Of a stretch of 64,000 nucleotides of DNA, positions 42,349-51,009 are shown one piece after another; position 1 is the first letter of the stretch, and each line of letters begins with the position of its first letter. The translations under genes were made by a program, and so were the position numbers. The DNA is from Patescibacteria group bacterium (GTDB lineage: Bacteria > Patescibacteriota > WWE3 > UBA101185 > UBA10185), in contig JAHJEV010000003.1 in assembly GCA_018825365.1 (NCBI GenBank), positions 317,387 through 381,386 of the forward strand, written 5' to 3'. The notes under the pieces are model-generated. The model had not been told where the DNA came from and did no database searches. It saw only the letters and a program-made list of their open reading frames with translations.

Positions 42349-42357
42349 ATTTTAACA
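42349..42357 (-). promoter_or_regulatory. Extended -10 (TGtTAAAAT), probable promoter of TR RNA
   Basis: Motif about 225 nt upstream of TR, followed by a hairpin-forming leader. Confidence 0.5.
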
Positions 42358-42403
42358 AAAAAACTCCGTGCTTTGGTATAGAAAACCCAAAAACACGGAG
42401 TTT
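42357..42403 (-). terminator. Hairpin/terminator downstream of target gene
   Basis: AAACTCCGTG (42361-70) / CACGGAGTTT (42394-403) stem plus U-run on minus strand. Confidence 0.75.
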
Positions 42404-42472
42404 GAAAGAGAAAGCTCAAAGTACAAAGACCAAAAGTTCAAGATCCAAGTGACCTAAGTTCAAAGAGCCAAA
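42404..42472. repeat. Degenerate 7-8-nt tandem repeat (CAAAGNN) directly 3' of VR
   Basis: gaaaga gaaagct caaagta caaagac caaaagtt caagatc caagtgac ctaagtt caaagagc caaa. Confidence 0.7.
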
Positions 42473-42940
42473 TTACTTGCGACGAACAAAAACGAAGCGG
42501 TAGCTAGCACTCCAGAAGCTGTCGGGCCCACCATCGCAAGCGTAAAGCCAACGATCATCGTCATAGCGCCTGACGCCGAATAGGTACAGATCACCATCGG
42601 AGTCTTTGATAGGCTTCATGGCAAAGATTAGAACCTCTCCCGGTTTCAGATCGTCGCCACGCTGCAGCAGATACTGTGCGGCTGCTTCATCCGGACACAA
42701 ATCCCAATCTTTTTCGCCGCCGGCTCTGTAGATGTCTCTTAACTCCGTACCGCGTGAAAATCCCAGCTCTTCAACAGAGGCATCCACTAAATCCAAGGTT
42801 TGTCTGGATTTGGTTACCTTTATCTTGCTGAGAATGTCTTCCGCCCAACCTGAAATCCATACACCGGATTCCTCCAAAGCCCTTCTCAGGGACTTTGCAT
42901 CCTTGTAAGTGCCAATTTCAACGATCCCAAGGGTATTCAT
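42473..42940 (-). CDS. DGR target protein with C-terminal variable region (start likely ATG 42940; ORF track extends to 42973)
   Basis: VR at 3' end; ends W....RFVF.RRK; AAGGA upstream of MNTLGI. Confidence 0.9.
   Translation of the reverse strand: MNTLGIVEIGTYKDAKSLRRALEESGVWISGWAEDILSKIKVTKSRQTLDLVDASVEELGFSRGTELRDIYRAGGEKDWDLCPDEAAAQYLLQRGDDLKPGEVLIFAMKPIKDSDGDLYLFGVRRYDDDRWLYACDGGPDSFWSASYRFVFVRRK
42479..42604 (-). repeat. DGR variable repeat (VR)
   Basis: 12 mismatches versus TR: 8 A>G, 3 A>T, 1 T>G (minus-strand sense). Confidence 0.96.
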
Positions 42941-42993
42941 GACTCCATCCTTTCTTTGCCTTAATCTAGGCATAACAGTGGATAAGTGCCGTC

Positions 42994-43022
42994 ATTATAC
43001 TATAGGTGGGTTAATATGGCAA
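42994..43022 (-). promoter_or_regulatory. sigma70 promoter of DGR target gene
   Basis: TTGCCA-17 nt-TATAAT. Confidence 0.75.
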
Positions 43023-43046
43023 TGGGGATTTTTTCCTCTTGGGACT

Positions 43047-43970
43047 TTATTCCTCAAGATACTTTTCCAGTAACTCCCTTTGTTTTTTGTTTAATCTTTC
43101 GGGTATTTTCACCAGTATCTGAACAATAACGTTACCCTGTCCCCTACCGTGAATCTTGGGCATTCCTTTTCCTCTTATTTGAAATCGAGCCCCGTATTGA
43201 GTCCCTCCAGGTATTTTAAGCTTCGCCCTTCCGACACCACTTTCAACCGATGTATCAACAACAGGAACCTCAAGTACAATCCCTAAAGCAGCATCTACCA
43301 TTTTTATTTCTTTTGAAACCAAAACATCATCCCCCATAATTACGAAATCTGGCACATTTCTAAGTCTCAAGGTTAAAAATAAATCACCACTTGGAGCCCC
43401 CTGAGGACCCGGCATTCCTTTTCCGGCAAACTTTATTTCCATCCCATCTCTCATTCCTGCGGGGATTTTCACTTTTACTTTTCCGCTTTCAACATTTATT
43501 TCTTTTTCAACACCAAAAATTGCATCCTTAAAATCTATATGCATTTCGTAATAAAGGTTTTTGCCTTTTCTTGGGCGTCTTGAAGAAAATCCCCTAAACC
43601 CAAAAGCTTCTTCAAAAATGTCAAATGGATTAAAATCAGATCCCATGTCAAATGGGTTTCCGCCTGAGGATGAGTATGTGTATGTAAATGGTCCCCACTG
43701 GCCGCGATTAGCTCCAGAGAATCCTTCCGGACCAAATCCCGGACCAGAAGTGCCAAACTGATCGTACATATTTCTCTTTTGGGGGTCACTTAATACTTGG
43801 TAAGCTTCGTTTATTTCCTTAAATCTTTTCTCTGCGGAGGCTTTGTCACTTTCTTTGACCATATCCGGGTGGTGCTCTCTTGCGAGTCTTCTATATGCCT
43901 TTTTTATGTCCTCTGCTGAGGCATTTTTGGCCACTCCTAATATTTCGTAGTAATTTTTTGCCGTTGTCAT
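43047..43970 (-). CDS. DnaJ-family chaperone without zinc finger (class B / CbpA-like)
   Basis: J-domain with HPD, G/F region, C-terminal domain; no CxxCxGxG repeats. Confidence 0.92.
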   Translation of the reverse strand: MTTAKNYYEILGVAKNASAEDIKKAYRRLAREHHPDMVKESDKASAEKRFKEINEAYQVLSDPQKRNMYDQFGTSGPGFGPEGFSGANRGQWGPFTYTYSSSGGNPFDMGSDFNPFDIFEEAFGFRGFSSRRPRKGKNLYYEMHIDFKDAIFGVEKEINVESGKVKVKIPAGMRDGMEIKFAGKGMPGPQGAPSGDLFLTLRLRNVPDFVIMGDDVLVSKEIKMVDAALGIVLEVPVVDTSVESGVGRAKLKIPGGTQYGARFQIRGKGMPKIHGRGQGNVIVQILVKIPERLNKKQRELLEKYLEE

Positions 43971-44007
43971 AGGTGTTATTGTAGCATTTTATTAAATACT
44001 CAGGAAA

Positions 44008-44604
44008 TGACGTCCTCCCCGCATTGCACATGAGTACATGTTTATACGGGGTTTCCTTTGCTCTGCAACTCATGATAACAAGGAAGTGGCATCTTCTCCA
44101 AGGTCTTGTTTGCCTTGGTATGCTATGTACTTAAGTATCTTCTCCTCGTTTAAGCCTACGGTTGAAACATAGTACCCTATACCCCATATCCCACTTTTCT
44201 CACCAAAGATTCTGTCGATGAATTTAAAGTGCTTTCTTAAATCCTTGCTTGTCTGTATCTTTATTTTCTGAACAACCTCGGCTACAGAGTATTTGGGTGG
44301 TATCTCAATTAGCATATGTATATGATCAATGTTTGTATTGATCTTATGTATATACCAAGTGGGATATGTTCTTTGAAGTTTATGGATTGATTTTATCAAC
44401 TCAACTAAAACGTAGTTTTTAAGTATCTTTCTTCTATACTTTACTCCCCATACCAAGTGATACTGTATCTCATACACACTATGACTTAACATCCTTGTTC
44501 TCATGTTTACAGCATATCACTTCATGATATGCCCATTCGTCCATGCATTGCGTTCGCAATTCCTATCCCCTCGCTCACTTATGCATGGTTTCCTGTATGG
44601 AAAC
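44008..44604 (-). mobile_element. IS200-type element (tnpA only); left boundary approximate
   Basis: Y1 transposase flanked by related subterminal hairpins (44017-44057, 44541-44594); minus strand ends ...GCGGGGAGGACGTCA at 44008. Confidence 0.8.
44070..44504 (-). CDS. tnpA: IS200/IS605-family Y1 (HUH) transposase
   Basis: YHLVW.VKYRR, DHIHM (HUH), W..GYY.STVG, YIAYQ catalytic Tyr. Confidence 0.96.
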   Translation of the reverse strand: MRTRMLSHSVYEIQYHLVWGVKYRRKILKNYVLVELIKSIHKLQRTYPTWYIHKINTNIDHIHMLIEIPPKYSVAEVVQKIKIQTSKDLRKHFKFIDRIFGEKSGIWGIGYYVSTVGLNEEKILKYIAYQGKQDLGEDATSLLS

Positions 44605-44608
44605 AACG

Positions 44609-44637
44609 AAAGATCCCCGTATAAAACGGGGATCTTT
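44609..44637 (-). terminator. Terminator hairpin after HU gene
   Basis: AAAGATCCCCGT-ataaa-ACGGGGATCTTT perfect 12-bp stem. Confidence 0.75.
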
Positions 44638-44671
44638 GACTGTACAAGTCTTGTACACTTCAAAAAATCTC

Positions 44672-44944
44672 TTATCTTACAGCATCCTTCAAGCTCTTTC
44701 CTGATTTGAATGCAGGAGTCTTGCTGGCTGCGATGTGAAGAGGTGCTCCTGTTTGTGGGTTTCTTCCCATTCTTGCAGCTCTGTTTCTAACCTCGAATGT
44801 ACCAAATCCTGTCCAGGTTACTTTTTCACCTTTTGCAAGTGAAGCCTGAACTGCCCCGACAACTGCGTCGACTGCTTTGTTTGCATCAACCTTGGTCATT
44901 CCGGCCATATCTGCAACTTTTGCAATTAAGTCTGTTTTTGTCAT
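44672..44944 (-). CDS. hup: DNA-binding protein HU
   Basis: GFGTF, R.GRNPQTG, PAFKSGK.LKD. Confidence 0.97.
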   Translation of the reverse strand: MTKTDLIAKVADMAGMTKVDANKAVDAVVGAVQASLAKGEKVTWTGFGTFEVRNRAARMGRNPQTGAPLHIAASKTPAFKSGKSLKDAVR

Positions 44945-45003
44945 TTTACTTACACCCCCTCTCAGAAAGAAATTGCTACCTGGGTAGGCAACTTATAGAC
45001 ATC

Positions 45004-45783
45004 TTATATTAATTTATCAATCCTAACGATTGATCTCTCGTCTAGATCTAATAATACACTTCGAAAAGCCCTTCTACCAGCACTTTCCCATTCGAAACGT
45101 TGATTCATCGCGGTTAAAAACATTTTTATTGTTATATCAGCTTTTACGCCCAGTGAGGAGTCGATTGCGCCACACATACCTACATCAGTTACATACATGG
45201 TACCTTTGGGTAAAACATAATTATCACACGTTGGAACATGTGTGTGAGTGCCTATTATGGCGTCAACTTTGCCGTCTAAATAAAAGCCTAGAGAATATTT
45301 CTCACTGGTGGCCTCCGCATGGAAATCTATTATCTTTGCAGCAAATTTTTCACTCTTTGTTTTTTCCAAAATCTCATCAGCCTTTGTAAAAGGGTTTTCT
45401 AAAAACGCATTTTTTCCACTAAAAGAAGTTATACCCATAAGATTAATGAGAAGCACTTTGCCATTCTTTCCTCCATCAACTATTGTGTAACCTTCCCCGG
45501 GGGTTCCTTCAGGGTAGTTTGCCGGTCTTAAAACGGGAAGTCTGTCCATGATTTCTTCCGTTCCTTTCTGCCAAAAAACGTGCTCCCCGCTTGTAAAATA
45601 ATCTATTCCCGCAAGTTTAGCCTCATTGATCTTTTCTTCAGTTATCCCCCTTCCGCCCGATAAGTTCTCGCAGTTTGAAAACACAAGATCTACCTTATGT
45701 TCTTTGATAATCTCCGGGAGAAATTTAGCAACAACTTCCCTTCCCGGTTTTGCAACTATTTCACCGACGAATAATATTTTCAT
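45004..45783 (-). CDS. YmdB-like metallophosphoesterase
   Basis: N.EN, LRPANYP, DFHAEATSEK, GTHTHV, TDVGM.G; downstream of rny. Confidence 0.93.
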   Translation of the reverse strand: MKILFVGEIVAKPGREVVAKFLPEIIKEHKVDLVFSNCENLSGGRGITEEKINEAKLAGIDYFTSGEHVFWQKGTEEIMDRLPVLRPANYPEGTPGEGYTIVDGGKNGKVLLINLMGITSFSGKNAFLENPFTKADEILEKTKSEKFAAKIIDFHAEATSEKYSLGFYLDGKVDAIIGTHTHVPTCDNYVLPKGTMYVTDVGMCGAIDSSLGVKADITIKMFLTAMNQRFEWESAGRRAFRSVLLDLDERSIVRIDKLI

Positions 45784-45992
45784 CTAACAACCTTTGTAAC
45801 AACAAACCTGTCTATTTTGTATTTTCCAAGCACAGTCACAGGACTTTTAAGTGATTTGTACATCAGCCATCCAGCGATCAGAACTACTATGACAAAAAGT
45901 GTGGTAATTATGCTTTTAACTACGGCACCCAGTGCCTTCAAAAAAAGTACAAACAAAACAAAGGCTATTATGGCGACAAAAATATAATACAT
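45780..45992 (-). CDS. Small membrane protein
   Basis: Two hydrophobic segments; AGGAGG SD upstream; overlaps ymdB start. Confidence 0.75.
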   Translation of the reverse strand: MYYIFVAIIAFVLFVLFLKALGAVVKSIITTLFVIVVLIAGWLMYKSLKSPVTVLGKYKIDRFVVTKVVR

Positions 45993-46021
45993 ATTTTACT
46001 TACCTCCTAAATAATATCTTA

Positions 46022-47566
46022 TCACTTAGCCGTTTCTGATACTCTTGTTTCTCTTATCACTATTACTTTTACTACACCCGGGTAGTTTTGTTCAAGTTCT
46101 ATTTTCCTAGCGATCTCTTTTGCCAACAAAGCTGTTGAATAGTCATCCACCTTTTCCGGGGAAACAAACACTCTAACTTCTCTTCCAGCTGCAACCGCGT
46201 AAGCTTTCTCGACCCCATCAAAGGACGTTGCCGCCTCTTCAAGATCTTTTAGTCTTTTAATATAAGACTCGTAATCCTCACCCCTTGAACCAGGTCTTGC
46301 TCCGCTCACATGGTCCGCTAATGCAACAATAGCTGACTCGACAGAGCCTTGTTTGTCATCGTGGTGTTCAGCAATACACTTAATAACATTTTCCGGTATC
46401 TTGAATTTGTTTAAATATTCAACCCCAAGCTCAACGTGCGAGCCGTCCTTGTCAGTCAAAACCTTACCGATGTCGTGAAACACGCAGGCCATCTTAACTG
46501 TATCAACATTCGCCCCAATCTCCTTTGCAATAAACATACCGATTCTTGCAGTCTCCATTGTATGTTCAAGCATATTTTGGCCATAGGAAAATCTGTATCT
46601 GAACCTTCCAAGTGTTTGAATAAGTTCTTTGGAAATATTGTACAAACCAATTTTATGGCACAAAGTATCTCCGGCTTTATACATCAGATTGTCTATTTCT
46701 TTTTTGGTTTGATCCACAATTTCTTCTATTCTTGCCGGCTGTATTCTTCCATCGGCGATCAGTCTTTCCAAAGCCGTTGTTGCAACTGCCCTCCTTACAG
46801 AATCAAAGCAAGAAACAATGATGTCTCCTGGGGATGAGTCCATATCCAAATCAACCCCAGTCAGCTCTTCAAAGGTTCTAATATTTCTTCCTTCTTTCCC
46901 AATTATTCTTCCCTTTAACTCCTCGTCAGGAAGTTTAACCTTGGAAGTTGAGTGTTCTATCACAATATCCGTGGATCCAAATTCTAAGGCATCCATAAGA
47001 ATCTGTTTTGACTTTTCCTGAGCATCGATTTTAATTTCTTCTTCATTTTGCATTATTCTTTTGCTTTTTTCTTCGGTAAGACTTCTATCAAGATTTTTAA
47101 GCAAAAGCTCTCTTCCTTCCTCTCTGGACATGGAAGATATTCTTTCAAGCGTTTCTATTTGTTTTTTGTGGGCGGATTCTATATCTTCCTGTTTCTTTTC
47201 AAGTTTTTCCTTCACTGCCTCGATGTTTTTTCTTTCGCTTTCAAATTCCTTTTCCTTGGCGTCCACTTGAGCTTTCATAACGGAGATTTTTCTCTCTGAT
47301 TCCATTGCCTCTTCTCTTATTTGTCTTGCCTGTTCCTGAGCTTTGGTTTGAATTTGAAGAGCGGCTGTTTTAGCCTCAACAATTACATCCTTTGCTCTTG
47401 CTTTTGCTTCGAGAACTAAAGGATCATTCTCAACTACAGTATTTGAAATTATTACCTCTGGGGAAACTTTTTCTTCTAGTTGCGATTTCTGTTTGGGTGC
47501 AAACTTAACAACCGCAACACCCGCAATTATAATGGCCAATGCCAATAATACGTATGTTATTACCAT
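46022..47566 (-). CDS. rny: Ribonuclease Y
   Basis: N-terminal TM, coiled coil, KH (KGRIIGKEGRNIR), HD (HDIGK), SGARPG. Confidence 0.97.
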   Translation of the reverse strand: MVITYVLLALAIIIAGVAVVKFAPKQKSQLEEKVSPEVIISNTVVENDPLVLEAKARAKDVIVEAKTAALQIQTKAQEQARQIREEAMESERKISVMKAQVDAKEKEFESERKNIEAVKEKLEKKQEDIESAHKKQIETLERISSMSREEGRELLLKNLDRSLTEEKSKRIMQNEEEIKIDAQEKSKQILMDALEFGSTDIVIEHSTSKVKLPDEELKGRIIGKEGRNIRTFEELTGVDLDMDSSPGDIIVSCFDSVRRAVATTALERLIADGRIQPARIEEIVDQTKKEIDNLMYKAGDTLCHKIGLYNISKELIQTLGRFRYRFSYGQNMLEHTMETARIGMFIAKEIGANVDTVKMACVFHDIGKVLTDKDGSHVELGVEYLNKFKIPENVIKCIAEHHDDKQGSVESAIVALADHVSGARPGSRGEDYESYIKRLKDLEEAATSFDGVEKAYAVAAGREVRVFVSPEKVDDYSTALLAKEIARKIELEQNYPGVVKVIVIRETRVSETAK

Positions 47567-47752
47567 ATGTTGTAACCTCCATTTTAAACATAACTAAAAA
47601 CCTCAATATGAAGTTAATAAATACTTTGGGAAATTGCTATAAAAACGAATGTCACACCAGTGTTTTATTGGAATAAAACTCGAAATGTTCCATTTTTGGA
47701 TTAGTGAAAAATCTTTTTCTCATAGCAAATTCCTGAGTTGATTCTATTGTAA

Positions 47753-48253
47753 CTACAGCAAAGTGTCAACCACAGAAGATATTGTTCCCGAGTCGTAGCC
47801 CTTTCTGAAAAGATAATCGTAAAGCTTTCTTTTTTTGGAGAACTCATCAATGTTTCCCAGAAGCCTCAGCTTTTTTTCTGCATCTTTTACAGCATTGTTA
47901 AGGGAAAAATCAGCAGGGAGGGAGTCTAAAGCATCGGACAGCATATCCCTAGAAATACCTTTTTTCATCAGAAAATGGGTTATTTTTCTTTTACTGACAG
48001 GTTTTTTCGAATCAGAGACACTTTTAATGTACGTAAACGCAAAGTTCAAGTCGTTTAAGTAGCCGCCCTCCTCAAGTTTGGAGGTTAATTTAGCAGATAA
48101 ATTATTCTTTTCGGAAGAACTAATACGATATTTGGATAAATACTTTGTGAGTCTGTCTGCTACTTCCTTTTCGCTTCTTAGGTTATAGGAAATAAAATTT
48201 AATATCTTGAAATATACTTTTTCGAATATTTCTTCGAGCTTTGAATCCTGCAT
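47753..48253 (-). CDS. recX: Regulatory protein RecX
   Basis: RSEKE, YLND..FA, L.KKGI, L.RKGY; immediately downstream of recA. Confidence 0.88.
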   Translation of the reverse strand: MQDSKLEEIFEKVYFKILNFISYNLRSEKEVADRLTKYLSKYRISSSEKNNLSAKLTSKLEEGGYLNDLNFAFTYIKSVSDSKKPVSKRKITHFLMKKGISRDMLSDALDSLPADFSLNNAVKDAEKKLRLLGNIDEFSKKRKLYDYLFRKGYDSGTISSVVDTLL

Positions 48254-48279
48254 CTATTTTCTAGCTTACATTATTTTGT

Positions 48280-49377
48280 CTATTCTTCAACCGGACTTTT
48301 CTTTTCTTCGGCACCTATGTTTAATGGAATGTCACTCTTTTGTTTTACCGCAGTTCTTATATTTTTCTCGATCTCTGCAAATACTTTAGGATTCTCTTTC
48401 AAATATTGTCTTGCCGCTTCTTTCCCCTGTCCTATCTTTTCTCCGTTGAATTCAATCCAAGCTCCGCTTTTTTTCAGAACCCCAAGGTCAACACCGACAT
48501 CTATAGTATTTGATTCTTTGCTTATACCTTCGTTAAATAAAATATCAAACTCCGCCGATCTAAAGGGAGGTGCCACTTTATTTTTAACGACCTTGGCTCT
48601 AACTCTAATTCCATAAAACTCATCGCCCTTTTTTAGAGACTCAATTTTTCTAATATCTATTCTTACGGAGGCGTAATATTTTAAGGCTTTTCCTCCGGCA
48701 GTAGTTTCCGGGTTTCCGAACATTACCCCAATCATCATACGAAGTTGATTTGTGAAAATGACTGTACACTTAGACCTGCTTATTGCTCCGGAAAGTCTCC
48801 TTAAGGCCTGGCTCATAAGTCTTGCCTGCATTGCAATATGGCTGTCTCCAATATCTCCCTCAATTTCTGCTCGGGGAACTAACGCTGCAACCGAATCAAT
48901 TGCAACCAAATCAACTGCGTTTGATCTTATAAGAGTCTCTGCAATTTCAAGGCCTTGCTCTCCTGTATCCGGCTGAGAAATAAGCAGCTCCTCAACATTA
49001 ACACCGGTTTTTTCAGCGTAGGTTGGATCAAAAGCGTTTTCTGCGTCGATTAAAGCGGCAATGCCGCCAAGTTTTTGGGTCTCTGCAATTATGTGTTGAA
49101 CTAACGTCGTTTTTCCTGAAGATTCCGGACCAAATATTTCAACGATTCTGCCTCTTGGAACTCCTCCAACCCCCAACGCTAAATCTAAAGCGATAGATCC
49201 TGTTGGAATAACTGGAATGGATCTTTCCCCAACACTCGCGCCAAGTCTCATAATGGAACCCTTTCCGAAACTTTTTTCTATTTGGTCTATCGCGGTTCTA
49301 AGAGCTAAATCTTTTCCTGACTGAATAGTTTTTTTAACACTTTCTCTAGTATCCTTAGTTGAAATTTTTACCGCCAT
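48280..49377 (-). CDS. recA: Recombinase RecA
   Basis: [33 protein letters not shown]. Confidence 0.99.
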   Translation of the reverse strand: MAVKISTKDTRESVKKTIQSGKDLALRTAIDQIEKSFGKGSIMRLGASVGERSIPVIPTGSIALDLALGVGGVPRGRIVEIFGPESSGKTTLVQHIIAETQKLGGIAALIDAENAFDPTYAEKTGVNVEELLISQPDTGEQGLEIAETLIRSNAVDLVAIDSVAALVPRAEIEGDIGDSHIAMQARLMSQALRRLSGAISRSKCTVIFTNQLRMMIGVMFGNPETTAGGKALKYYASVRIDIRKIESLKKGDEFYGIRVRAKVVKNKVAPPFRSAEFDILFNEGISKESNTIDVGVDLGVLKKSGAWIEFNGEKIGQGKEAARQYLKENPKVFAEIEKNIRTAVKQKSDIPLNIGAEEKKSPVEE

Positions 49378-49470
49378 AGTATGCCTCCTGATAATTTACT
49401 GCCTGTGTTTATTCTAGCAATAAGTTGGTTTTTATCAATGGGATTTATCTATTTAGAGTAGATATTAAAG

Positions 49471-50928
49471 TTACAAAACTGACTTTAATCTCTCGATGGT
49501 CTCTTTCTTTCCTATTAGATTAAAGACATCAAATAAAGGAGGTGTAAATTCTGTTCCACAAACTGCGTATCTCAGCGTCATAAAAGCCTCCTTAGGTTTG
49601 TAGCCCCACTCCAAAAGTTTCTCATGAGAAATCTTGTCTAAATCATCTTTTTTCCAAGCATCTTCGGAAATATGCTCATAAACACCAAGATATTTTTCAA
49701 TAATCTCCTTCGATTTTCTTAAATCGCCAGAAAAACTTGCAAGTTTTTCGGAATTCACAATCGGGCGATTATAAAAATATGAAGTAAGGTCGTTAAACTC
49801 AGACAATGTTTTCATTCTCTCTTGCACTAAAGACAAAACTTTCAGATCAAAATCTTTCCCGAACTTTCCACATTCCATCTTCACACCAAACTCCTTGTGC
49901 CAACTTTCTATTTTTTCAAATAGTCTTCCCAAAGGAGTGTTTCTAATATATAAACCGTTAAACCATGAAAGTTTCTGTCTATCAAAAGCAGACATCTCAG
50001 ATTTTTGAATTTTTTCTATAGAAAAATCTTTCACAAATTCGTCAATCGTATAAACTTCTTTCTCGGTTCCGGGGTTCCAACCAAGAAACATAATAAAGTT
50101 GTCTAAAGCCTCCGGAAGATACCCGGCTTTAAGAAAGTCAGAAGCTGCAACATCACCTAACCTTTTTGACATTTTCTTCGTACTATCAACTTCTCTCAAT
50201 ACCGGCAAATGAGCAAATACCGGCTCTTTCCATCCAAACGCCCTGTAAAGCAAAACGTGCTTTGGGGTTGATGCCAACCACTCTCTACCTCTTAAAATGT
50301 GGGTGATTTCCATCAAGTGATCATCAACCACAACACCGAGGTGATATGTCGGAAAGCCATCTGACTTAAGAAGAATTTGATCATCAAGGTCGTTTGACGG
50401 GAAGGACATCTTTCCAAGAATCAAATCAGCAACTTCAACAATCTCATCATCGGGGATTTTCATTCTAATAACGTAAGGTTTTTCCCCTTTAAGGTTTCCT
50501 TCTATTCCCTCCTTACTTAAATCTAAACAATGTCTGTCGTATTTAGTAACGGGTTTTTTCTCTTTCCTTTGCTGCTCCCTTAATTTCTCAAGTCTTTCTT
50601 CGGCACAAAAGCAGAAGTATGCTTTGCCCTTCTCTACCAGCTCCAGTGCATACTTTTTGTAAATATCAAGTCTTTCGGATTGAACATAAGGCCCATATTT
50701 ACCTCCAACTTGTGGCCCTTCATCCCAATCAAACCCATATTTCTTAATTACCAAAAGCATTCTTTCAACCGCACCTTCAACGTATCTTTCCTTGTCAGTA
50801 TCCTCAATTCTTAGGATGAACTGTCCCCCAAGTTTTCTTGCCAACGCCCAGTTATACATCAAGGTTCTCATACTTCCAATGTGAAACTCCCCTGTCGGAC
50901 TTGGAGCCATTCTTGTACGAATAGTCAT
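49471..50928 (-). CDS. gltX: Glutamyl-tRNA synthetase
   Basis: APSPTG..HIG, LRIEDTD, KMSKR. Confidence 0.97.
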   Translation of the reverse strand: MTIRTRMAPSPTGEFHIGSMRTLMYNWALARKLGGQFILRIEDTDKERYVEGAVERMLLVIKKYGFDWDEGPQVGGKYGPYVQSERLDIYKKYALELVEKGKAYFCFCAEERLEKLREQQRKEKKPVTKYDRHCLDLSKEGIEGNLKGEKPYVIRMKIPDDEIVEVADLILGKMSFPSNDLDDQILLKSDGFPTYHLGVVVDDHLMEITHILRGREWLASTPKHVLLYRAFGWKEPVFAHLPVLREVDSTKKMSKRLGDVAASDFLKAGYLPEALDNFIMFLGWNPGTEKEVYTIDEFVKDFSIEKIQKSEMSAFDRQKLSWFNGLYIRNTPLGRLFEKIESWHKEFGVKMECGKFGKDFDLKVLSLVQERMKTLSEFNDLTSYFYNRPIVNSEKLASFSGDLRKSKEIIEKYLGVYEHISEDAWKKDDLDKISHEKLLEWGYKPKEAFMTLRYAVCGTEFTPPLFDVFNLIGKKETIERLKSVL

Positions 50929-51009
50929 ATACTCTGGATTTTAGCACGAAAAATATTGCTGGAATACGTGTTCACAGACAACTTGGCTTTTTCTGCTAGA
51001 ATTATATCG

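Larger units (their letters stand above)
40579..43022. mobile_element. Diversity-generating retroelement (target/VR - TR - inverted avd - RT)
   Basis: RT, Avd, TR/VR pair with adenine-specific mismatches and target ORF within 2.5 kb. Confidence 0.97.

Noticed and set aside
42404-42472. Repeat array as CRISPR
   Set aside because: Units are 7-8 nt, degenerate and have no spacers
40501-43046. Target-site duplication or att sites flanking the DGR
   Set aside because: The only shared word (ATACTATA) is explained by the -10 boxes of the nusA and target promoters
50881-51009. N-terminal extension of the 424-aa ORF overlapping gltX
   Set aside because: It overlaps the divergent gltX start; ATG 51010 has a -10 box at leaderless spacing and precedes the TM
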